Under the pieces are notes generated by a model. The model saw only the letters and a program-made list of their open reading frames with translations, ran no database searches and was not told the DNA's origin. A stretch of 63,108 bases of DNA from an uncultured Spirochaetales bacterium (GTDB lineage: Bacteria; Spirochaetota; Spirochaetia; SPDA01; CAZJBZ01), in the NCBI GenBank assembly GCA_964594055.1, contig CAZQKT010000002.1, positions 1 through 63,108 of the forward strand, read 5' to 3'. The position numbers and the translations under genes are program-made. Of this stretch, positions 32,476 to 40,189 are shown one piece after another. Numbering within the stretch: position 1 is the first letter of the stretch; each line of letters starts with the position of its first letter.

Positions 32476-33270
32476 ATGACAAAGACGATAACCGCTCTGC
32501 TTCTTGGAGATATCATCGGTGCATCCGGGAGCAGAGCGCTTTTTATTCATCTCAAAGACCTCATAAAAAAGCATAAGGCGGACATCGTCGTTGCAAACGG
32601 TGAAAACGCATCAGACGGATTCGGCATAACTCCGGAATTAGCCGACCACTGTTTTACCCACGGTGTAGATGTTATAACTACCGGTAATCACATTTGGCAG
32701 AAACGGGAAATATTTCCCAAAATGGAAGAGACCGACCGAATTCTCCGACCGGAGAATTACCCTACCGGGGCACCCGGTAAAGGATATTGTCTTGTTACAG
32801 TGAAGGAATGGACGGTCGCGGTGCTCAACCTTCAGGGACGAGTAAGGCTTTCTAACGTGGATTGTCCGTTCAAAACCGGTAAAAACATTGTCAAACGGCT
32901 TCGAAATGATACTCCGATCATTATTATCGATTTTCATGCAGAGTCGGCAGAAGAAAAAGAAGCATTAGGGTATTACCTTCAAGGTGAAGTGTCGGCCGTT
33001 GTAGGGACACACACGCACGTGCAGACTGCGGACGAGCGAATACTCCAGCAAGGGACCGCCTATATGACCGATCTCGGGATGATAGGTCCCTCGGTAAGTA
33101 TCATCGGATTCAATCGGGATGTCGCCCTGCAGCGGGTCCTCACTCAGCTTCCTATCAAAATGGAAGTAGAGGAGAGTCCGGCCCAGATAAACGGGGCGGC
33201 AGTGGAGATTGATGCTGAGACAGGGAAAGCAGTCTCGATAGAACGGATAGATCTGCAGTCAAACTACTGA
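32476..33270 (+). CDS. ymdB: YmdB-family metallophosphoesterase (2',3'-cyclic-nucleotide phosphodiesterase-like)
   Basis: 264 aa with motifs GDIIG, NGENASDGFGIT, GNHIW, DFHAE and GTHTHVQTADE. Conserved rny-ymdB adjacency. Confidence 0.9.
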   Translation: MTKTITALLLGDIIGASGSRALFIHLKDLIKKHKADIVVANGENASDGFGITPELADHCFTHGVDVITTGNHIWQKREIFPKMEETDRILRPENYPTGAPGKGYCLVTVKEWTVAVLNLQGRVRLSNVDCPFKTGKNIVKRLRNDTPIIIIDFHAESAEEKEALGYYLQGEVSAVVGTHTHVQTADERILQQGTAYMTDLGMIGPSVSIIGFNRDVALQRVLTQLPIKMEVEESPAQINGAAVEIDAETGKAVSIERIDLQSNY

Positions 33271-33277
33271 ATGAAAA

Positions 33278-34084
33278 ATGACTTTTGGGAAAAAGCCTAA
33301 ATCAATCCCTCTTCTGTCACTTCTCAAAGAGCGTTTTCCGGAGAGTTCTAAAAAGGAACAGTATGCTCGAGTGTTATGCGGGGAAGTTCTCATAGAAGGC
33401 GAGTGCATCCGTGATCCCGCACAGAGAGTACCTGCCGACAGCACCATAGAGTTTCGTACACAGCGGTTCGTCTCTCGAGGAGGGGACAAGCTTCAGGCAG
33501 CCCTTAACCGGTGGGACCTGAAAATTAAAGGAAAGATTATTCTCGATGCAGGAAGTTCCGCAGGAGGATTTACCGATTGTCTTCTACAGCATGGAGCAGG
33601 GTATGTCTATGCAGTTGATGTCGGCTACAACCAGCTCGATTATAAACTTCGACACAACTCGGCTGTCGCGGTGTATGAACGGACCAACATCATGTCGCTG
33701 CACACACTCGATCCGCCTCCCCACGGCGCTGTTGCCGATCTCTCTTTTCGCTCAGTTCGCAAAGCTGCTTCCCATATTCTCTCCCTCACCGTGGAGAAGT
33801 GGCTTATTGCACTCATCAAACCGCAGTTCGAGATACCTAAGGGCGCAGAACCAAATTTTAATGGCGTAATCACCGAAAACAAAGTTCTTGCTGGGGTCCT
33901 CTCATCCGTTATTGATGACTTATGGAAAGAGAAAGCGTATGTTACTGATCTTATGCAGTCTCCGATTACAGGGAGGAGAGGCAACAGAGAGTACCTGTTT
34001 TATATTAATGATAAACCTTCGCGCGGTGCTGCACAGCTTAAAGAACAGGCGAACAGTGCAGTATTCAAAAGGAGTTTCGGTTAA
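33278..34084 (+). CDS. tlyA: TlyA-family rRNA (cytidine-2'-O)-methyltransferase / hemolysin A homologue
   Basis: 268 aa: S4-like N-terminus plus an FtsJ-type SAM fold (VSRGGDKL.., LDAGSSAGGFTDCLL). Confidence 0.9.
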   Translation: MTFGKKPKSIPLLSLLKERFPESSKKEQYARVLCGEVLIEGECIRDPAQRVPADSTIEFRTQRFVSRGGDKLQAALNRWDLKIKGKIILDAGSSAGGFTDCLLQHGAGYVYAVDVGYNQLDYKLRHNSAVAVYERTNIMSLHTLDPPPHGAVADLSFRSVRKAASHILSLTVEKWLIALIKPQFEIPKGAEPNFNGVITENKVLAGVLSSVIDDLWKEKAYVTDLMQSPITGRRGNREYLFYINDKPSRGAAQLKEQANSAVFKRSFG

Positions 34085-34850
34085 GCGGGTTCCCGATAAA
34101 CACCCCTTCGGGGCCTAAATAGTCCTGTTTTTTTCCTTCGATAAGGATCTGAACGTTTTTTACCGATGAAAACTCGGTCGCAGTAAATACGATCTGTTTA
34201 AGCTGTGCACGCAAACCTTCAGAACCTAATGTGTTGAACTTAAAATCTTCATTGAAATTGAGAAATGCTGTTCCGTCTTTCACTGTTGCTGAAAGCAGCC
34301 GTGTGTTTTCCGGTATCAGAGAAATCAGCTCCTGGTTCAGTTCCGAGGGGAGGAGACCTCCTAAAAGCGCCTGTATTGTTTTCGTCAGAGGGGCATCAAT
34401 GTAGTAGACGGGCCGAATTACCCCCTGAAGTCGGATGGTCCCATTGTCGTCGACGTCTATAAAATAGAGCTTTGCATTGCGCAGGTTTCGGGCCCCTTCT
34501 TCGGAGGTATCTTCAACCTGCGGTATACCGGGTTTTTCTTCTTCCACTCGTTTTTCCGGTTTTTTGCTCTCTTCCGGTTCTTCCGACGGAGGGACCTCTA
34601 TTATCTCCGGATCTTGATATTCTTTTACTTCCGGGTCCTGATCTTCTTCGATCGATTTTCTCTTTACTTCCGGTGTTACTTCAGTTTCCTTTTCCTTTGT
34701 CAATACGTTTAAAAATCCGGTAGATTCTATGACATTGCTTATTGTTTTTCTGTTTAAAAAGAAAATAACAAGAACGAGGAGGATAAGGGCGACCCAAAAA
34801 AGACAGCCGATAGAAGATTTTTTCTTTTTCATTATATAGGTTATCGGCAT
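34065..34850 (-). CDS. membrane-anchored GerMN-domain protein
   Basis: 261 aa: an N-terminal TM/signal anchor (CLFWVALILLVLVIFFL), an E/P-rich linker, and a GerMN-like C-domain (LYFIDVDDNG..PLTKTIQALLGG..ATVKDGTAFLNFNEDF..QIVFTATEF). An alternative start is ATG 34832. The 3' end overlaps tlyA by 20 nt. Confidence 0.8.
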   Translation of the reverse strand: MPITYIMKKKKSSIGCLFWVALILLVLVIFFLNRKTISNVIESTGFLNVLTKEKETEVTPEVKRKSIEEDQDPEVKEYQDPEIIEVPPSEEPEESKKPEKRVEEEKPGIPQVEDTSEEGARNLRNAKLYFIDVDDNGTIRLQGVIRPVYYIDAPLTKTIQALLGGLLPSELNQELISLIPENTRLLSATVKDGTAFLNFNEDFKFNTLGSEGLRAQLKQIVFTATEFSSVKNVQILIEGKKQDYLGPEGVFIGNPLNRNSF

Positions 34851-34864
34851 GATATCCGCAATAT

Positions 34865-34893
34865 TTGACAGTGATACGAAAAGTGCGTATAGT
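34865..34893 (+). promoter_or_regulatory. near-consensus sigma70 promoter immediately upstream of ptsI
   Basis: TTGACA (34865-34870), a 17-nt spacer, then TATAGT (34888-34893). The -10 ends only 9 nt before ATG 34903. Confidence 0.5.
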
Positions 34894-34902
34894 TTACAGG
34901 AT

Positions 34903-36645
34903 ATGAAAAAAATTATAGGAATATCAGCCTCTCCCGGTATTGTTACCGGAAAGGCGTTCCTTTATCTTGATGACACGATTAAGGTCCCACGATACGAAAT
35001 CGATGAGGCTGAAGTCGATAATGAGTTCCAGCGTTTTCTCGATGCTGCGGAAAAAGCGAGCGAGGAAATCCAGGAATTAAAAGATCGGGCATCAGACTCC
35101 ATGAAAGAAGAAGAGAGCCGGTTTCTCGATTCGCACATTCTCATGCTCAGAGACCCCGATTTTACCGAACGAATCAACAAAGAATTAAAAAATCAGCAGA
35201 AAAATGTTGAATGGATACTCTTTGAAGTGATGAAAGAGTTGATCGATAAGCTGAACTCGTCTCAGGACCACTACTTAAAAGAGCGCAGTATCGATATCCA
35301 CGATGTATCGAAGCGGGTATTAAACCATCTTATGTATCGGGTGCGTATTTCGCTTGCCGATCTTGCAGAAGAAGTTATCTTGGTAACACATAATTTGCTT
35401 CCATCGGACGCGCTCCAAATGAACAAGCGCATGGTGCGCGGTATAGCTATGGATGCCGGCGGAAAGACTTCGCATACTGCTATTTTAGCGCGTTCTTTCG
35501 AAATTCCTGCGGTCTTAGGTCTTTCCTCTGTTTCGCAATACATAAACAGCGGAGATAAATTAATCGTAGACGGCAATAGAGGGGTCGTTATCATCGATCC
35601 TGATGAAGAGACCGAGAACATCTACAACAAGGCTTCACGAGATTGGCAGAAGCGGGAAGTCGAGTTGCTCACCCTCAATGAACTTTCTGCAGAAACCAGG
35701 GACGGGAAGCTGATAAAAATGGGTGCTAATATCGAAGTTGTAGAAGAAATAGATTCAGTGGTCTCGCACGGCGCGGACGGTATCGGATTGTTCCGTTCGG
35801 AATTTCTTTTTCTGCAATCGGGAGGATACTCATCGGAAGATACCCAGTACGATTACTACAGCAGAGTTCTTCAAGGAATGAACGGAAAACCGGTGAATAT
35901 CCGCACGGTCGATATCGGAGGGGATAAGCTGCTTCCGGACCTCCAGCCCCTCGATGAAAAGAACCCTATTTTGGGGTGGCGGGCAATTCGGTTCTGTTTG
36001 GCCCACATTGATATTTTTAAAACCCAGCTCCGGGCTTTGTTCAGAGCTTCGGTACACGGAGATTTGCGCATCATGTACCCGATGATCTCCGGAGTAGAAG
36101 AGCTCGACAATGTACTTGCAATCGTCGAGGAGGTAAAAGAGGATTTACGTAACGAGGAGATACAATTTCAGGAGAACATCCCAATCGGAATCATGATCGA
36201 AATACCTTCTGCGGCAATGACTTCCGATATTCTTGCCAAAAAGGTAAGTTTTTTCTCAATCGGTACGAACGATCTCATCCAATATACTATCGCTGTAGAT
36301 AGAGGAAACGAAAAAGTTGCCTATCTCTACGAGCCGTTTCATCCGGGGGTGCTTCGGATGATAAAAATGATCATAGAGAATGCTCATGCCCAGGGTATTC
36401 CGGTGGGGATGTGCGGAGAGATGGCCGGTGATCCCTTGGCCTCTGCAATTCTTCTTGGACTCGGTCTCGATGAATACAGTATGAGCCCGTTCGGGATTCC
36501 GGAAATCAAGCGGATCATCCGCTCGATCAGCATGGCCGAGGCGGAAGAGTTGGTAGGAATTATTCTAGATATGCGTTCCTATGATGAAATAGACGAGTTT
36601 GTAAAGCGGTGGATGAATGAACGATTCGATATTCTCACCTCTTAA
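34903..36645 (+). CDS. ptsI: phosphoenolpyruvate-protein phosphotransferase (PTS enzyme I)
   Basis: From ATG 34903 the protein is 580 aa, starting MKKIIGISASPGIVTGKAF. Active-site His context GGKTSHTAILARS. C-terminal PEP-utilising domain (FFSIGTNDLIQY, CGEMAGDP). The track's longer start (34849) lies upstream of the predicted promoter. Confidence 0.93.
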   Translation: MKKIIGISASPGIVTGKAFLYLDDTIKVPRYEIDEAEVDNEFQRFLDAAEKASEEIQELKDRASDSMKEEESRFLDSHILMLRDPDFTERINKELKNQQKNVEWILFEVMKELIDKLNSSQDHYLKERSIDIHDVSKRVLNHLMYRVRISLADLAEEVILVTHNLLPSDALQMNKRMVRGIAMDAGGKTSHTAILARSFEIPAVLGLSSVSQYINSGDKLIVDGNRGVVIIDPDEETENIYNKASRDWQKREVELLTLNELSAETRDGKLIKMGANIEVVEEIDSVVSHGADGIGLFRSEFLFLQSGGYSSEDTQYDYYSRVLQGMNGKPVNIRTVDIGGDKLLPDLQPLDEKNPILGWRAIRFCLAHIDIFKTQLRALFRASVHGDLRIMYPMISGVEELDNVLAIVEEVKEDLRNEEIQFQENIPIGIMIEIPSAAMTSDILAKKVSFFSIGTNDLIQYTIAVDRGNEKVAYLYEPFHPGVLRMIKMIIENAHAQGIPVGMCGEMAGDPLASAILLGLGLDEYSMSPFGIPEIKRIIRSISMAEAEELVGIILDMRSYDEIDEFVKRWMNERFDILTS

Positions 36646-37981
36646 AACCCAGGCCTCGGAAACAGTATTTCCGAAAGTTGTTATTGTGGGCAGGCCGAAT
36701 GTCGGAAAATCGACCCTGTTTAATCGGTTTTTAAAGCAGCGGCGGGCAATTACCGATCCCACTCCAGGGGTTACCAGGGACCCCATCGAAGCGAAAGCGG
36801 AGATCGAGGACAACCCGGTCATTCTCATCGATACTGGAGGGTATTCCCTCGGAAAGGGCGATATGGACTACCTGGTCACCCAAAAGAGCCTTCATGCGAT
36901 CGAAGGCGTCGATATTATTCTGTTTCTCGTTGCTGCAGGCGAGATAACTGCGGAAGACGAATCATTTATTGAACGGCTTCGTCCGCTAAAGGAGAAAGTA
37001 GTTTTTGTTGCAAACAAGGCGGATTCTCCCCAAAAGGACGACTTGGTGTGGAATTACTACGCCTACGGATTCGATACCGTAATCCCGATTTCCGCTGCCC
37101 ACGGACGCAATATCGATGTATTAGAAGAAGAAATTGTGAAGCGGCTGCATGCCCGGCCGGCCGTATCCCCCGCTGATCAAACCGTACCTAGCCGGATCAT
37201 CAATATTGCCATCTTAGGGAAGCCAAATACGGGAAAATCGACCCTTACCAACTCCCTTACCGGCAGTGATCATTCAATTGTCTCGCACCTCCCCGGAACA
37301 ACGAGGGATGTCATTGAAGGCATGTTCGAATTCAGAGGTGTTACCTATCGGGTACTCGATACGGCAGGGATAAGGCGGAAAAAAAGTATTACCGAAAACG
37401 TAGAGTATTACTCGGTGAACAGGGCCATAAAAAGCATTCAGGATGCCGATATCGTATTTCTGCTCCTCGATGCTGAAGAGGGAGTAACCGACCAGGAGAA
37501 AAAAATCGCCGCACAGATTGTTAAAAAGGGGCGGGGAGTTATCTTAACGCTCAATAAATGGGACAAAATGGAAAATATCCCCAATCAATTTGAGGCGGTC
37601 AAAGACAAGATCCGATTTTTCTTTCCTGTACTCAACTTTGCTCCAATCATTCCGATTTCCGCGAAATATAATACCGGTATTGAACAGCTTTTAAAAACAG
37701 CAGGAATGGTATATCGGGAATTAGATCGGAGAATCGATACCCCCCGGCTCAACCGGAAACTGCAGCAATGGATGCAGCAGTATCAGCCCCCCCAAGATGG
37801 AAAACGGAAATATAAAATACGGTATATGACCCAGGTCCGGACCAATCCGGTCGGATTTGTTCTGTTTGTAAACCGAAAAGAGAAGTTCCCGCAGCAATAC
37901 ATCAGCTTTGTCAAAAACAAGTTGAGAAAAGAGCTTGGTTTTCATCATATACCGATTTCGTTAGAATTGAGGGAGCGGTAA
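36617..37981 (+). CDS. der: ribosome-biogenesis GTPase Der (EngA)
   Basis: 454 aa with two tandem G domains (GRPNVGKST..DTGG..NKAD; GKPNTGKST..DTAG..NKWD) plus a KH-like C-terminus. Overlaps the ptsI end by 29 nt. Confidence 0.95.
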   Translation: MNDSIFSPLKTQASETVFPKVVIVGRPNVGKSTLFNRFLKQRRAITDPTPGVTRDPIEAKAEIEDNPVILIDTGGYSLGKGDMDYLVTQKSLHAIEGVDIILFLVAAGEITAEDESFIERLRPLKEKVVFVANKADSPQKDDLVWNYYAYGFDTVIPISAAHGRNIDVLEEEIVKRLHARPAVSPADQTVPSRIINIAILGKPNTGKSTLTNSLTGSDHSIVSHLPGTTRDVIEGMFEFRGVTYRVLDTAGIRRKKSITENVEYYSVNRAIKSIQDADIVFLLLDAEEGVTDQEKKIAAQIVKKGRGVILTLNKWDKMENIPNQFEAVKDKIRFFFPVLNFAPIIPISAKYNTGIEQLLKTAGMVYRELDRRIDTPRLNRKLQQWMQQYQPPQDGKRKYKIRYMTQVRTNPVGFVLFVNRKEKFPQQYISFVKNKLRKELGFHHIPISLELRER

Positions 37982-38015
37982 ACAGGAAAGCTTAGATTCC
38001 TGTTTTCTCTTTTCG
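37981..38015 (+). terminator. rho-independent terminator after der
   Basis: AACAGGAA, an 8-nt loop, TTCCTGTT, followed by T-rich TTCTCTTTTCG. Confidence 0.7.
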
Positions 38016-38050
38016 TTATTTTGTCGATAAAAGAGAAGAGGAAAACAGCT

Positions 38051-39349
38051 ATGAAAAAGTTTCTTTTCTTAACAGTGTTCTCTGCTGCAGTCCTGTTCTG
38101 CAGCTCCGCACTTCACGCTCAGATGGAGGGTTTCTCCCCTTCGAGACTGTTTTCTCTCTACTCCGAATTTCGTGAAAATCACGAAATCAGGTCACGAATG
38201 CGCGAAACAATATTTGCTCCCGCAAACCATGCGATAAATACCCGGGGCCGAATATTCTTTGATCCGTTTGCGAAACATCGGGTGTTTTTTCAGGTAAAGA
38301 AAAACCGGGATTACTTTTATCTGCTGTTTACCAATGAGAAAGAGTATAAATTTCCGCTTTTCAGCTCAGGGAGCTACATTATCAAGAGAAGCCGGCAGGA
38401 CGGCAGGTTCGTTCAGGTAAAAATATTTATCCGAAATAATCCGGACTGTTTTATCCGCGTTTTCCCCGATGAAGACCGGTCTACAATGAATATGTTTCTC
38501 TATGGGACCCCCGTTTATCAGGATATTACAATACCGCTGTCGTTTAGCGAACTGCTTACTTCCCCATTTGCGAAAATCATGGACCTTACGGAAAACAGTG
38601 TTGACTGGGGCCTGATTTTTACCCCTTCTCATGTTCAGGAGAATAATGATGTGTATACGATGGTGGAAAAAATCAGAGAGAAACTGAACCGCCTGCAAGA
38701 TCAGGATGACGGGGCTATGAATGAAGACGGTAGTTTCGTCTCTATTGAAGACCTATCCACCAAAGATGAATGGGGATTTAACTGCTCAGGGTTCGCCAAA
38801 TGGATTGCAGACGGCGTTTCCGTTGTAGCGAAGGACCGCTACCTCACTATAGAAGAATTGAAGGTAAAGCACCCTACACTACGCGGAAATCGTTGGAGTG
38901 AGCGGTATGAAGACGAGCGGGACCCGTATTTCGGACTCGATTGGACGAGAAACATTGCTATGATTCTCGGGAACCGGAACCATCCGGAAGCAGCTGATAT
39001 CCGCAAGGTACAGTTTATCGATTATATTGAGGATATTGGGTTTCCGATGGAAAAGCTCCACCTTATTCTCTATCTGTTAGCCCGCGAACACCCCGGCAAA
39101 TTCTATCTCGGATCTATCAACAGCGATTTTGGTGATAAACCGATACTTAGACAACACTACCATGTGGTCACGCTTTTTCCCTATTTCGACGATGACGGTG
39201 ATTTTCAGATAGCCGTGTTCGAGCGAAACCGCGAAACGTCAATTGAAGCACTTCTAAAACACTACGAACGGGAGTTTATTCATCTCGTCTCCATTAAATC
39301 GTTCTCCGATTTTCACCTTCCTCCGCTTCCCCCATCCGTAGAAGGATAG
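38051..39349 (+). CDS. secreted/lipoprotein-like hypothetical protein with a papain-fold-like Cys motif
   Basis: ATG 38051 after GAGGA. Signal peptide MKKFLFLTVFSAAVLFCSSALHAQ. Internal motif WGFNCSGFAKWI resembles the NlpC/P60-type catalytic Cys context, and a later His lies in HYHVVTLFPY. The family assignment is tentative. Confidence 0.7.
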   Translation: MKKFLFLTVFSAAVLFCSSALHAQMEGFSPSRLFSLYSEFRENHEIRSRMRETIFAPANHAINTRGRIFFDPFAKHRVFFQVKKNRDYFYLLFTNEKEYKFPLFSSGSYIIKRSRQDGRFVQVKIFIRNNPDCFIRVFPDEDRSTMNMFLYGTPVYQDITIPLSFSELLTSPFAKIMDLTENSVDWGLIFTPSHVQENNDVYTMVEKIREKLNRLQDQDDGAMNEDGSFVSIEDLSTKDEWGFNCSGFAKWIADGVSVVAKDRYLTIEELKVKHPTLRGNRWSERYEDERDPYFGLDWTRNIAMILGNRNHPEAADIRKVQFIDYIEDIGFPMEKLHLILYLLAREHPGKFYLGSINSDFGDKPILRQHYHVVTLFPYFDDDGDFQIAVFERNRETSIEALLKHYEREFIHLVSIKSFSDFHLPPLPPSVEG

Positions 39350-39421
39350 TGGGTAATTGTTGAATATAATAGAAAAGTATTATATGGTTGATCTGTAGTA
39401 CTGCATCATGAGCGAGGTTCT

Positions 39422-40096
39422 ATGGGGATTCAGGCAGTCGCCTTCGACGTGGATGGAACTTTATACCCAAATATTAAAATGTATCTGCGCGCCGTCCGGT
39501 TTTTTTTAAACCATCCTCTTCTTATGTATCATTTCAATACGGTCAGAAAGAAGATTCGTTCTATTAGGCCGATAGATAATTTTTGGATACTGCAGGCTGA
39601 TATGTTGGCCGAGTTGACCAACAGTACCAGGGAGGAAGCCGAAGAGGCAATCGATAAACTGATGTATGACGAATGGGAACAAATTTTTAAAGGGATAAAG
39701 GTGTTTCCCGAAATTCCGGGTATTCTTCGTTCGTTAAAACAGGAAGGAATACGGCTCGGTGTACTCTCCGATTTCCGGGTCCACACCAAGCTTGCCTATA
39801 TGCAGTTGGAAGGGTTATGGGACGGAGTAGTTTCTTCCGAAGAATCCGGTTACCTAAAACCGAATGCGGAACCGTTTCGCCTTCTCTTAGAGAAGCTGAA
39901 TTTGCCTCCGGAGAGTGTACTGTATGTGGGGAATCACTATCATTATGATATAATAGGAGCAAAAGATGCGGGTATGAAAGCGGCCTATTTCACCAGTATG
40001 TATTCCGGCTCTAAAAGGGGGGCGGAAAACTGCAGGGCTGACGTTGTTTTTTCGACATATAAGAACTTTTTGCAGAAAATAAATCGAATTATATGA
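39422..40096 (+). CDS. HAD-superfamily hydrolase
   Basis: 224 aa with motif I FDVDGTLY, motif II VLSD, and motif IV-like GNHYHYDIIGAKDAG. Confidence 0.85.
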   Translation: MGIQAVAFDVDGTLYPNIKMYLRAVRFFLNHPLLMYHFNTVRKKIRSIRPIDNFWILQADMLAELTNSTREEAEEAIDKLMYDEWEQIFKGIKVFPEIPGILRSLKQEGIRLGVLSDFRVHTKLAYMQLEGLWDGVVSSEESGYLKPNAEPFRLLLEKLNLPPESVLYVGNHYHYDIIGAKDAGMKAAYFTSMYSGSKRGAENCRADVVFSTYKNFLQKINRII

Positions 40097-40127
40097 AAGA
40101 TACTCGTTATCTGATATAATTCTAGTA

Positions 40128-40158
40128 CTTCCCTTAAAAACCGCTTTTTTAAGGGAAG
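40128..40158 (+). promoter_or_regulatory. 13-bp perfect inverted repeat/hairpin in the 5' region of the coiled-coil gene
   Basis: CTTCCCTTAAAAA, loop CCGCT, then TTTTTAAGGGAAG. An extended -10 (TGATATAAT, 40112-40120) lies just upstream, so the stem would sit at the mRNA 5' end. It could alternatively terminate the HAD gene transcript. Confidence 0.45.
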
Positions 40159-40189
40159 TCAGTAATCGTTAACTGGGGAGGGGAAGATT

